From NCBI GenBank assembly GCA_030141605.1, contig JAQGDQ010000013.1, forward strand, positions 386,447-450,446: DNA of 64,000 bases. The letters are read 5' to 3'. Source of the DNA: Tubiluchus corallicola. Lineage: Eukaryota > Animalia > Priapulida. The position numbers and the translations under genes were made by a program. This document shows, one piece after another, positions 49,753 to 63,251 of this stretch (positions are counted from its first letter, which is position 1; the number at the start of each line of letters is the position of its first letter). Under the pieces are notes generated by a model. That model was not told the origin of the DNA and did no database searches. It saw only the letters and a program-made list of their open reading frames with translations.

Positions 49753-52700
49753 TCAAGTGGTCACTCTTTGTAACTTTTCAATTAGTTCATCAACGGACAC
49801 TAAGTCTTCATTTGCTCTACGTTTTCGGAACTCCGTGTTGATCTCCATCAGCTTTGACTGTAGTGACAATTCTAAATTCACGAGTTCTCGCTTGCAAGCA
49901 TAAATTATTTCATTCACATCTTCTGGTATTTTCACTTTGTAAACACTAGGAAACAATGATTTGATTGTTCCGATGATGTGACTTCGCTGGGCCTGCTCTC
50001 TGCACACCAGGTTTAACACAAAAATGCCTGAAACAATTTCAATGATTGCATGAAAGTTGTTGTTTTAATTTCTTCAGGACTGTAAGAGTTTGCTGCACTC
50101 TGCATGGGTTCATGAAAAACTTCTCTCACTAAGCAGTGATCATGTTATATTTGATAATTTCAGTAAGTTTCTACTTCTCACACGATGAATTTTTCATGCA
50201 AAATTACATATGAATCACATTTGCTTAACTTAGACAAATTACAAATTGATTTTTGACAACAAAAAAACTGAAAAAAGCTTTCAGTAGCTGCAGTGTTTGC
50301 ACTGTAACAATTCACAGTATCACTTGTGTGAAATCGGCTAATGCAGAAAATTTCAACTATCCAGACACAACACTCTGATACACTTTGGCCTGAAGTCTTC
50401 TTTGTTTTTAAGGAGAAATTTCTGTTAAAAGGTGAAATGACCTTAATTTATCCGGAGCTCATAATTGACTTTGATGTTTAATAACTAAATCATTGCTTAA
50501 TGAAAATGTATTTGATAATAAGAGTACAAACAATAGGGGGTGTTTTTCATTTGCTGATTGCTAACACGTGCTGACAAAGCTAAATACTGGTATTATTCAA
50601 GTGTTTTGGACTTTTAAACTGAATACCCTACTTTACTAGTAGTTTATTTATATGCCAGGAAATCACATTTTTGTTACACATCAACTTTACAATTTACAGT
50701 ACAATATGACTACAAATACTAATACGATTAGATTCGTATCTTATTCTGAAAGATGTGACTACAAGCTTATTAAATGACATTTGGTAGTACCTGGTACTGT
50801 ATATGCAGTATGCACAATTTACATCATCATTCAACTGGTATATCTGTTCTTCTACACTGATTTCAAGCTAGTGGCAAGTTGCTATAGCAACCAAATAACT
50901 GTAATCAATCATTAGTGTTGTTAAACTGAGTACTTACCGCTATCAAAGAGCACTTCGTAGACAGTTTTGAGAAAATCCTCATCAACGAATGGTAACGGTG
51001 GACATGAAATACCGACACTATTGTCTTTATTGTCAACATCAAATATTATAAGATGTTGCTTTTCACCTAAAACACATAGTGAGGTACTGACATTGTAAGA
51101 AAACTGCAGTTTTGTGGTACAATTGAACCTTGTTATACCACCAGCTCGCCATAATGCCAAATATTACCCTGTCATGATTTCTGATTTCTATAATATATTA
51201 AATACAGGGAAAATTTCCAATCTCGCCTGCCACCAACGTATCTGCCGTGCCAAAAGTCTATCTTACATGATAAATTTACCCCATTATGACACCAGCCAAG
51301 ATAAAGTACAATGAATTCTTGCTGAAAAACAGCCATTGTGATGTAAAAACAATGATCTCTGAACAAAGAAACAATTATGGTGTTTAAATTAAGATTTAGG
51401 TTTCGTAGCAAGTGACTGTATGAAAGTGAATGCTGAGGTTATTGAGCAAGGAGCATACATTTTACAGAGTACAAGAGTTGCATAGCTATGGTTCAGTCTT
51501 GCACTGATATCAAAGCTGTTTGACTCAAGGTCAAGCCATATGTGGCAGCTATTTATAATCTTAATTATCAAGTAATGCTATGATGGGAGCATGGATGGAC
51601 TGCATGGCTGCACATTTCTCTTATCAGGAAACAGTAGTTTTTCACAAGACTGCTACTCCATATTGTGTTACCTAAATTGTGTTTTGCAATGCGCCGCCAT
51701 ATAACTACATCAGCATAACTTTTGTTAATGCAGCAAAAATGTACAGTATAATGCATGTATTGTTGTAGGTATAATAATATTATACCAATCATATTAATTA
51801 ACTAGAATGCAAAACATGATAAACAAAAAACTTTATTTTATCTATCAATATTCCCAAAGTTAAAAACAATTACTGTATGTGCAAGCAACAAATACAGATA
51901 GTATGATCAATTATGAAAAAAAGGAATTTTAAAATACATCCCAATGAACTTTCCACACAAAGTTATATTCCTTTGCATTACATTTACCTGGGTGAAATAC
52001 ACCAAAAAACACATTATTGATCTTACCGACAATGTAAAATCATTTACACTTTTACATAGTTATTGAACAGTGTGCTATAAACGCTCTGATTACTTGCAGT
52101 GTTATGCAGTGTTGTCTAAACTTGCCTCAAATGACTTACCATTAAAATAGTTGTGCTCAACGATAAAAGTTTTGTATAGTGTTACCGCTAGCACAAGCAC
52201 TGTATGCAATAAGACAGCACGTAAGTGATATAAAATTTCAAGATATGTACTTATGGAAGGTATTTTCTTGTGCTTTAAATGCCAATCTGCTATGCATATG
52301 GATTCTTGCTATTAGAACGAGCTTTTTTCTAAGTGGAAGTATTTAGATTGTTAGTAATTCTCACCATTTGTATGTAAATCTTGAATGTATTGCAGCCCAT
52401 CTGCACAATGTACATCTAAACCAGGCGCTTTTTCAAATCCAAAGTATTTCGTTGCTATTTCTATAATTTCTGGATCTATATCAACACCATTAACTAAAAC
52501 CTATTGAAAAAATGTAGATAAACAAGTGCAGTAAGTCCTCGTTTAACGACTCCACGTTTAGCAACGTTTCATTTTAGAGGTGCTGAACATTTAAGACCTT
52601 TTCTCACTTAACGATGCATCATTTCTTTATACGACTATTTTTTCCTTGAGCACAGCCATTTTTTATCAAGCGACACCTGAGTTTAAACTTTATGCCAAGG

Positions 52701-55700
52701 AATTTTATCAGTAACCTGTTGCTATAATAACCAGAGCTGTACTACACGAAATTGTCTCAGGGTCGAACTACGTAGTGTTTAACATGCAGTGTTTAAACGG
52801 GAGGAGAAATCACTAGTAACTCTAGGTAGATACTGCTAAGAAAGACAGATGGTTTCAAGCAAACAGAAAGAAATTTATCGGTAGAAATATGAATAAAACT
52901 CATAAGACATTTAATTTATATGATTTGAGCAGCATTGATGCATCGATTTTCGGTTCTGGAATGTATATCAATTCGTTTACACTACTTCCTATGAAAATTT
53001 CGGTTCGTTTAACGATGTTTCGCTTAATGTCGCATTTTGCTGGAACGCATTAGCGTCGTCAAGTGAGGACTTACTGCACATTATTTATACAAACTGCTCA
53101 CCTATCAAGATTGTTCAAGAATGTAATGAACAGATTGTATTTTAACACATCATTAGTGTTCTTGTATATGTAAATGATTATTACTAATGGTCTAACACAT
53201 AGTAACTTTCTGACTTTATTTCAGTGTGTTTCTACAGCTAGTATAAACATAACAAGTGCATATGTGAAAGAGCAAACCTCTAGAAATCAACGTGTCGTTT
53301 ATAAACACAGTAATCTTTTGCACTCAATAAATAGTATATATGTGTACTTGCATAGTAAAATCGTCCATAAGTCGACAAGTAAGCTTTTCTAGTTATTCGC
53401 ATATCCTGATTCTCCATTTCCGGAAGGATTATTTTGATACCAAGTTCATCACTCTATGTTATTTCTAAGTTGAGATGTTTAAGTTGATGTGCATGCTATG
53501 CACTGAAAAACATTACCTTGGCATAATCGCTATTAAAGTTACCCATTGTTTTTTGTCGCGTTTCTACAATCCACGTTGAAGCTGATGTGTAGGCTGTGTA
53601 CTAGTTTTTAGCAAGAAAAATGGATATGGGGTTATAAAATTAGATTTTTAGTATTTTTCGACGTTTCCTTGATAATTTTGATGTTAGAATATAAAAGTCC
53701 AATATATTTAGCATTTGTTTTTACAAAAAAAAACAAAAAATTGACATTTGACCAAATTTTTGGTGCATTCTACTTTGAAACATCATAACGTAGTTTTAAA
53801 TACAGTATGCCGACTTGCGGACGGTTTTGGTTTGCAAGCACACATATAGTGGATGCCACATAATACTAAACTGCTTCATTCTGCTCAAACGTGAAGGATC
53901 GAGCAATTCAAAATCCAATAATAATAAGTTCTGTATGCTTTACGTGAACAATATTTCTAAGTCATGACATAGAAAGCCTTGCGTTTAAAGCAGTGTTATG
54001 CTTTTGATACAAACGCATATGTTATAAGTCAGCATCCATCACTCAGTGACAAAAACGTACATCATGCTTGCACTTGTTACAGGGCCAGAACCTTTTCATT
54101 GTCAAAGATAATAAAAAAATTAAATTGACACTTACCTTGGTGAAGTCATGTAAGTGTGATGCTAGTGCACCACCTCCAAAACCAATAACTGTGCCTCTCA
54201 CATCCTCACCTGTAATGTTACACACGAATTGCAATATCCTGTTGCAGTCTCATAGACTTAACACTTATTTGCAGCAAGAAAATATTAATATGGCACAACC
54301 TGATTTGTAAAAACAGTACTGAAATATCATTACATAACATTGGCAGCAACATTAAAACAGAAAATTGTATGAAATGACTCATTTTTGTTGCATGCGTAGA
54401 AAAATTCAAAACAGCATGTGATTCTAAATTTAACTTGAGACTCAAACACAGATTTGAAAAACTGAGACAGGACTCAACTTAACCAGAGAAATGGGACTCA
54501 CTCTGGACTTGGTATTTAATTTTCTGAACATGAAAGTATTACAGTAAACTCTGTATAACTCGACCTGTTATAACTCGAATTCTTGTGTGTCTAGAACAGT
54601 AACATGGGATGGATATTTTTCCATTAACAAATGTCGCATAACTTGAAATCTGTAATTCCAATTATCGTGTAACTCGAACCGAATTTCTGATACAATTTAT
54701 AAGATGCTAATTCAAATTACCCCGCCTATCGCGAACAATGGCCCAAGTGAGAAATCCTGCGCAAAAGTGTGCACCACATTATGATTTTAATTGATAGTTT
54801 CAGCAAAAATGCTAAGATTTCTTGTATTACTTTAGCAAAGCGCTGAACACAACATGACTTAACAAACATAGTTTAATAACTAGATCACAATATTATTATT
54901 GCCGAATTCTTTTAACCATACTGCTCAGACTACAAGAGCTGGACCAGTCATTTTATTTTTCATAAAAACTATTTTCCTATCCTGAGCTATTCGAGTTATA
55001 CGTAGTTTATTGCAAGTAATAAACGAAAACATGTCAAGTGCTCCACAACTATCTATAGTTAGTAGGCTCTCTCATTGAACTATGAACTCCAAGCTTGTAG
55101 AGTGCTAAAGCATATAGTACTAACAATGTGCTTCTGATAATTAAGTAACAGGTTAGAAACTTAATTAATGGCGTGTGAAGGCAACTAATGATGACGTCAC
55201 AACTGAACATGTTTTTCCACAACAGATTCCACGAGTGTGTTGCACGTGTTTGTGAAAGCGAAAAATGAAGTTCAGTGCTACTGTACAACAGTCAGTGTGT
55301 TATACTAAAACTCGGCAATTTTTTTAAGTTTATAACAGAAATCATCCCACTTATCTCGAACTACCTCCCAAGCGAGAAATCCTGTGCGAAAGTACGCAAC
55401 CACGTTACGATTTTAACGGTTAGTTTCAGCAAAAAATACCAAAACTTCTCGAGAATGCTGAACACAACATGGTTTAACAAACTTGGCTCAATAACTAGAT
55501 CAGAACATTATTATTGCCAAATTCTATCAACCATGCTACTCAGCCTACAATAGAGGTGGACCAGTCATTTTATTTCTGATTATTCGTAAAAACTGTTCCA
55601 AGGTTTGATATTTGATTAAAGGCTCAGTTTGTCATTTTCACGTGCTGTAGTTTATTGTCCGACATTGATGAGCGACTCAATCTTATTTTCTTATGAAAAT

Positions 55701-58700
55701 TGTCTGACTCATACCCCTCGCATAACTCTAACAAATTTATTAGTGTTCGAGTTACAAAGAGTTTACTGTATATTTCTTATTCAATTAAATATGGCTACCT
55801 TGTTGAATGGAATCAATGAAAGCAACACTTGCTATCATGTACTGATGATACAGACTTGAGAGGTAAGTTTTATCAACCTTCATTTTGGTCCGACCTCCTT
55901 TATTCTTCTTCTTTGCTGGCTTCACTATAAACAGCAATTTATGGTTTAGTAAATACAATCAAACCTCTTTATACCGTCCACTTTGGGGCACGAAAAAAAT
56001 TGGCGAGGTGTTAATTACTATACTTGCAATTATTTTTTACGAGAGTACATGAAAATCATACCTGGTATTAGTTTAGCCTCAGACTGAATAGCATTCTGAT
56101 TACATAAGAAAATCAGACGTCGAAAAACTCCATCACCAGTGTCAACATCTTCAACAACGTAGTCTCCACTTAAACAACTGTGTCCCCTATGAACAACTGA
56201 CCGATGGCCGATGTTATCGCCAACTGACAAGAACAGCACCTAGAAAAATACGAGTTGACAAACCTATATAAAAACCTAGATAACACTGCTAAAGACGTTA
56301 CTGTCAAAAACTTCCATTTATTTGTGCAACAGAAAAATCTAAATTTTGATTTAAATTTTGTCTTTTATTACCGGCTACATCTTCTGAACGAACGAATTTT
56401 TTCCCATAAGTATTTTCTATTGGAAGTTTGGAGACATGGAACTACATCAAATCACTTATCTGAGATAATCTCCGCAGCATTTTACAGTTATAATTACCGC
56501 TAATTACTAAAATGCCAATCGTGTAATGTATGCATCTCCAGCAGAAAAAGAAAACACTTATCGGTAGAGCTCAGAGCTGTGCCATTTCAGCTGAGCTCCA
56601 GCAGGTTTATTTCTACAGTCGAACCTAGCCGATAAGAAACCCAGGTTTTAGTCACGCCAGGCGTTCAGTGATTGGAGTCAAACTAGCCCACATATTTGCC
56701 GGCTGTGAAGATTTTTGCTTTTGCGATAATCACGTGAGACCGCAAATCACTGGTTGAAATATGGCAAACACATTGTGTATTCGCGGTCAAATTGTGCACG
56801 TGCTGGCAGAGATAGTAAACTTTTTGAAATTTTTGAACGAGAAAGCTGGTCAATTCAAAATTAAATACACAAGTAGGCAGCGTTAGTCAAACGTATGGGA
56901 TCACTTTGATGTTTTGGTATTGATTCGTCGGTAATCAAGATAAGTCTTGCCAAGAGTCGGATTTAAATTAAATTTGCAATAAGTCTATTGCTTTTATAAT
57001 AATTAAAAATTGATCTCTAATGCATTATTTGAATTTGTACATCAGTGTGTACATCATTTCTCTATGTATAAGCAACACAAATTATTTCAAAAAATTTTCT
57101 CTCCGATTAACAGTTAACTGATTATTTATTTATTTATTTATTTAACAAAATTCGTAGCTTTAGTGAACTGAGCTGATTTTTTACTTTAAACCAACTCAGC
57201 TGAAAAGTCAGTCAGCTTTAGCCGAGCTAGCTGATTTACTGTGTGAGTCAGCTGATGTAGTAGCAACTGACTCAGCTTCAGCTCAGCTAGCTGATTTACT
57301 GCGTGAGTCAGCTGATGTAGTAGCAACTGACTCACCTTCAACTGGGCTAGCTGATTTACTGCGCGAGTTAGCTGATGTAGTAGCAACTGACTCTGCTTCA
57401 GCAGAGAGCTAGCTGATTTACTGCGTGAGTCAGCTGATGTAGTAGCAACTGACTCAGCTTCAGCCGAGCTAGCTGATTTACTGTGTAAGGTAGCTGGAGT
57501 AGTAGCAACTGACTCAGCTTCAGCCGAGCTAGCTGATTTACTGCATGAATCAGCTGATGTAGTAGCAACTGACTCGGCTTCAGCCGAGCTAGCTGATTTA
57601 CTGCGTGAGTTAGCTGATGTAGTAGCAACTGACTCGGCTTCAGCAGAGCTAGCTAATTTACTGTGTAAGTCAGCTGATGCAGTAGCAACTGACACAGCTT
57701 CAGCCGAGCTAGCTGATTTACTGCGTGAGTCAGCTGATGTAATAGCAACAGACTCGGCTTCAGCCGAGCTAGCTGATTTACTGCGTGAGTCAGCTGATAT
57801 AATAGCAACAGACTCGGCTTTAGTCGAGCTAGCTGATTTACTACGTGAGTCAGCTGATGTAGTAGCAACTGACTCGGCGTCAAAAAAGCTAGCTGATTTA
57901 CTGTGTGAGTCAACTGATGTAGTAGCAACTGACTCAGCTTCAGCCGAGCTAGCTGATCTAGTGTGTGAGTCAGCTGATGTAGTAGCAACTGACTCAGCTT
58001 CAGCCGAGCTAGCTGATTTACTGCGTGAGTCAGCTGATGTAATAGCAACAGACTCGGCTTCAGCCGACCTAGCTGATTTACTGCGTGAGTCAGCTGATAT
58101 AATAGCAACAGACCCTGCTTCAGTCAAGCTAGCTGATTTACTACGTGAGTCAGCTGATGTAGTAGCAACTGACTCGGCTTCAACCAAGCTAGCTGATTTA
58201 CTGTGTGAGTCAACTGATGTAGTAGCAACTGACTCAGCTTTAGCCGAGCTAGCTGATCTACTGTGTGAGTCAGCTGATGTAGTAGTAACTGACTCAGCTT
58301 AAGCCTCTACTCATAAATCTTATGATCCGGTCTTCGTTCTGAATTAGTAAGCTACAAAATGAAAATTATGAGTAAATGATTGAACAAGCTCAGGGCGCAG
58401 TAATGAAGCTACACTAATCTAGTTTAAAATCTCCGTGCCAATACCATCTCTTACTATGATGTCATATGCGATTTCAACATTTCGAAAAACACTTTGTATC
58501 CAAAAAATTTACAAGTTAATTGAACGCTTCTATTAACAATTATGAATGGCAACATTTTCGCACCTGGTAGACACTTGGAAGATTTGGAGGAGACAACTGT
58601 AGGACATTCTTCGATAGCTCTGCTTTAACACTGTCCAAACTCTCATACTCCTGCTCACGATGTAGGGAAACAACTACTAAACGTTGAAAATTACACTGTT

Positions 58701-61700
58701 TTGCTAACTGTATCCTGCCTTCATTGCTACCAAACAACCATTCAGAATCTCTGTAAGCAACAAATTATGCTAGTTAAAAATGTTAAATAATTTGAAAAAT
58801 AACATGAGATTAGAGAAAAAGTGACGCTTATGAATCTGTCACAAACAGGTGAAATTGCAAATGATTAGGCTGTAAATATATTACAAAATGTTGACTAGAA
58901 TAATGCATAAGTTTCGACTTAGATTCACAACTTTGTAAAATTACTACAGTAAATCCACGCTTAACAACGCTACTGGATTCAGCAAAACGCGATCATAAGC
59001 GAAACGTCATTAAATGAAACCAAAACTTTCACAGGATAAGTAATGTAAACAAATTGAGATATGTTCCAGAACCAAAAATCAATGCATCAAAGCTGTTTAA
59101 ATCATATAAATTAAACATTTTATGAGTTTTACTCATATTTCTACTGATTAATTTCTTTGTGTTTGCTTGAAACCACCTATCATTCTTACCAGCATCTACC
59201 TAGACTTGCTAGCGATTCACCCTCCCGTTTAAACACTACATAGTGATAGCCAAGCTCTGCATGGAGCGACCTTGAGACAATTTCATGTAATACTAATCTG
59301 GTTGTTATAGCAACAGGTTAGAGACAAAATTCCTTGGCATAAAGTTTAAATTCAGGTGTAGCTTGATACAAATGGCTAGAATTTAGTAGATAGTCAGTCA
59401 GGAAGCAAAAACATTATAATAATTGCGCTATTTAGGTTACTAATGCATTTTTACAATAGAGTAACACAACAAGTACCATTTTAATGCTTCAAATTAGGTA
59501 AAAAAAGTTGACGACAAAATAAAAACTGTCATTAAAATGAAGCGGTATATCGTTACCTGAGAAAAGGTGTCACATATTCAGTGTCGTTAAAACGAAATGT
59601 TGTTAAACAGGGATTCGTTGAGCGTGGACTGACTGTACTTTCTTATTGCACAAACGTATAGCAAATACTTGAACTTACCTACCGTGCGGTATGATGAATA
59701 TTGCAAATACTCCGGTAAATTTCTTCTGTGTTCCAGGTGTTGGAATGTCGACGACGTGCAATACATACCGAGGTACATGGGACGAGACCGAGTACAGCTG
59801 TAGGCATATCTGATCTTCAAAACACTTTCTGCAAAAATAATGCAAGTTTGAAATTATGAATAATTAAATTAAAAAACAAGGCAGGTGTAGAAACCTGGAC
59901 ATTTTGTAGCCATTTTCTTCCCACTAGATACAAGTCAAACAGGATTAGCAGGACTACCGATTCACTACAGCACTGAACTACACAATTTGATGTTCATAGT
60001 TACAACACTAGGGCCTCAATAAATACTTACTCATAGCAGGACAGATTCCACACTAATCAAGATTTAAGCACAATACGACATTGTGAAACTTTTTTATGTA
60101 ACTTCCTAAGCCCAGGTATAAAACTCTCTACATCCATTGCGACACTAATATTAAAATACAGAAAACAATTACTTCAGTCATATAGTTAACAACTTATGAT
60201 TTCTAAACATCATTTTCTTTATGTAAAATTGGTTATATACCTATTCAATTTACTCAAAATTCTTCAACCTTATATAAGCACTCCAAATTAGCTCTATGGT
60301 CTTTGGTTTAAGGTTTTCGCATTTCATTCTTCATTTTGATTCCTTTAATATTGTTAACCTACCCCCACAAATTTTTGTCAAGACTGTATTATTTTTCTCA
60401 TTATTTTTATTACTATCATTCATTATCTAATCTCATTTGCAGGGTATGTATGTATAAGTATGCGTGTAGGTAATGTATGTATATAGACATGTTTGCATTT
60501 TTATTTTTAGGAATTAATGTAATTATGACTTTGATTAATTGCCAATAGCACAATGTTAATGTTACTAACATCTAATTAGAGGTGGTTGACAGGGTGACCG
60601 TATAGTCTTTCGTCACCTCTGCTCATATTTATCTTGTATCATATGCACTAACATCTTAACTATTGTATTAACTTTATGAAGCTAAATAAATTACTATTAC
60701 TATTACTCTGCATAATTCAGACTATTTTGTGCGATGTCATAAGTGACGTTTAAGCTTGGTCACTCTGTGAGGTCGCTTGCAATAAAAATGTTAAAAAGGC
60801 CAACCACAAAAAAATTTGTTTGTGTCTTACCTCATGAGTTCAAAAGGTCTTAGTAGGAGGGAGGAAAAATTTGTTTCAAAATTTTTTTAAAGCTTTGTGA
60901 ATGTTTAAAGCCAAACCGTAAAATATTTAAAATCAGTTGAAATCAAAGTTTATTTATTTTCCCCACTGACTAGCAGTAATGTTTTAAATTTTTTCAATGC
61001 ACAATTTTCACACTGTTTTTATTTCGAATTACTAAATTATCACACAATTATTGATTATCGTATAAATCTCTTTTGTATGGTATGAACGCATGTTGTAATA
61101 ATTATGGATAAGTGGCAACACTACTTGGCAAAACTAACGCATATTAGAGAAACTTTACCAACGTTGTAAACGATGTCGAACTAATGCATATTAGACAAAT
61201 ACTTTACCCGTGTTGTAAACGATGTCGAACTAATGCATATTGTTGTTGTTCTTTAACAGCAACAATAACATCTTCCGTTGTATCTACTCGCTGTATGTTG
61301 TCTCCGTGCATACAAATCTCTAATATCTGCAAGTGATAAAAACAAACATAGAACATGGGGCTATAATAAACATGAAGAAACATTTCAATCAAATTTCACT
61401 GCAGCATGTTTTAATTTGTTTGAAAAAAATATATGTATATGTTGAGAGTCCTTAACCTTATGTATGTAATACAGTAAGTCCTCGCTTAATGAACGCTAAC
61501 ATGTTTCAGCAAAATACGACGTGAAGTAAATCGTCGTTAAATGAAGCCAAGACTTCCATAGAAAGTAATGTAAAAAACTGGGATATGTTGCAAGGACAAA
61601 AATCAAAGCTGCTTAAATTATTTAAATTAAACGTTTTATGAGTTCTACTAATTAATGTTTCTGTACTCAATTAATACTAATTAACTAATAATTAATTAGT

Positions 61701-63251
61701 TATGTTTCGACTAATTAATTCCTCTCTGCTTGCTTGAAATCGCCTATGTCTTACTTACCTAGTTAATGGTTTCTCTTTAGTTGACGTTTAACTGTTTAAG
61801 TCTAGGCAGCGGCTAAACAAACACTGCAGCAGAGTCAAAGCCAAGCCTGGGGGCGACCTTGGCAATTTTATCTAGAAACTTAGTACCCACTAGTCAGGTT
61901 GTTATAACAACAGGTAGCAAGTAAAATTCTTTAACATGAAATTTGCTCCCAGGTCTTGCGTATACGAATGGCTAGAATTAGTGGTCAGTCGGGAAGCAAA
62001 AACGTATTTACTTATATAATAATTGGAGTATTTATGTTAGTAGTGCATTAAAACGAAACGTTGCTAAACGGGAAGTCATTAAGCGGGGACTTACTGTACT
62101 TACAAATTAAACATACACAAATGTGTTTCTCACTTTATTTAGCTAAAAAAAAATCAAATACGTAAATAATCGTTTTTGTTTCCACTGAGATATTAAGTTA
62201 ATTTGTGATTTGTTTCCACTGAGATTTGAGTTTTTTAAAGTACATGATTAAAGCACAAGATTTTCCTTTACTTACATAAAGCTTAAAAAATTCATCTTGA
62301 AATTTTATACCACTTGCATACTGCCTTTCTGCATACGGGTCTTACGTCAGCAACAACGCTGTATAAAACAATGTAAATTTAAACTCCCGCGATGATCTTT
62401 AGACGCAGCCTTTTTGACGACAAGGCATTTGAGACAAGTTTAGAATAAACACTGAGTAAAGTTTGAAAAAAGTAGAATGTTAAAATACTGTATATTGTCA
62501 ATAAGATTAAAAATAAGTTTTTCGGTTGGTGAGTGGTGCACCCTGGAGGGTGAGTCAGTGACATTTTACCAATTGGTGAAAACATTTTAAATAATTTATG
62601 ACTTTCTTTTCTAGTTACTTGAGTGTTTCAAGCAGGTAAGTGAAATGCTAAGAAATATAACTTTGCATGGAAAAATGTTTGGCACATAGTTTAACATTTA
62701 CTTTTCTCCCTCTGATTTACGTTGTGTATACATGACGTCATGTAATGGCGCTGTGTCGTGGGGGATTTAAGATGAAAATAAACAAAATAAACAACGCGAG
62801 TATGACATATGCGTAAAATTGCTATAAAGTAATATAATTTTTTATGGTAATTTTTCTGAAACCTACTTCAAGTACTCCCTTTTTTTGTCCTTTAAACTTT
62901 TGCCTTGAAAGGCTGCTGACTATTAAGAATGACACAAGAACATGACTTATTCGACAGTTTCCAACAATAACAGTTGAAATAATACAATTTATGCCGTGAA
63001 CTTAACCTAAAAAATTAACAATTTAGCTGAATAAATAAAACGAAAGATGAAGGAATAATTAACATCAGGAAATGACAAATCTATTACTATATATATGTAC
63101 ATACACTCAAACTCTATTCTCTCTCAATACCTTTGGCATTTTGCTGTTTTGCTTAAACTTTGTACAGATGAAAACAAACACGGGAAATTTTGGAGCTTCA
63201 TGAGTTTCAGCTTCCTCATCAACAATCCGATGAACACGAAACATCCAGCCT
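49753..63251 (-). CDS. METTL13: eEF1A lysine and N-terminal methyltransferase (METTL13), 3' part; 5' exons lie beyond the window end
   Basis: Ten phase-consistent exons: 63251-63131 (GWMFRVH...[10 protein letters not shown]), 61326-61208, 59828-59679 (PRYVLHVVD...[10 protein letters not shown]), 58750-58564 ([13 protein letters not shown]...RLVVVSLHR), 56239-56062 ([10 protein letters not shown]...FRRLIFL...QSEA), 55924-55799, 54209-54136 (VIGFGGG), 52500-52365 (VDIDP...ADG), 51066-50938 (IFDVDNKD...SCPP..FV), 50027-49753 ([10 protein letters not shown]...stop). Confidence 0.95.
52529..53076. mobile_element. pogo/Tigger-like MITE family A
   Basis: CAGTAAGTCCTCGTTTAACGAC ... GTCAAGTGAGGACTTACTG. 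Confidence 0.8.
54542..55768. mobile_element. Tc1/pogo-like non-autonomous element with an internal ~240 bp direct duplication
   Basis: TA-CAGTAAACTCTGTATAACTCGA ... TCGAGTTACAAAGAGTTTACTG-TA; about 54720-54960 is repeated at about 55345-55575. Confidence 0.78.
56565..58309. mobile_element. Inverted second copy of the hAT-like element, with an expanded 60 bp array (about 18 units, 57190-58300)
   Basis: Ends TAGAGCTCAGAGCTG / CAGCTTAAGCCTCTA; body is the reverse complement of 41521-43199 with an internal deletion; no clear TSD. Confidence 0.85.
58947..59635. mobile_element. pogo/Tigger-like MITE family A
   Basis: TA-CAGTAAATCCACGCTTAAC ... GTTGAGCGTGGACTGACTG-TA. Confidence 0.8.
59985..60707 (+). 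mobile_element. Decayed LINE 3' end
   Basis: VHSYNTRAS (H.YNTR motif of CR1/L2-type ORF2 C-termini) near 59992; AATAAA plus a (TTACTA)n tail at about 60686-60707. Confidence 0.5.
60797..61130. repeat. Partial copy of the 29021-29660 dispersed repeat
   Basis: Colinear similarity with about 29021-29345. Confidence 0.65.
61472..62096. mobile_element. pogo/Tigger-like MITE family A (second subtype)
   Basis: TA-CAGTAAGTCCTCGCTTAATGA ... TCATTAAGCGGGGACTTACTG-TA; body is the reverse complement of about 27590-28050. Confidence 0.8.

Noticed and set aside
49202-49903. 233 aa ORF with 25 aa repeats
   Set aside because: Translation of the 75 bp array, running antisense into the last METTL13 exon.
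57186-58302. 333 aa Ser/Ala-rich ORF and overlapping ORFs (also 41387-42029)
   Set aside because: Products of the 60 bp array within a hAT-like element.
62276-62358. AG/GT-bounded candidate METTL13 exon on the minus strand
   Set aside because: Stops in all three frames; it matches a short dispersed repeat also at about 19375-19460 and 52205-52280, and the flanking exons join in phase without it.
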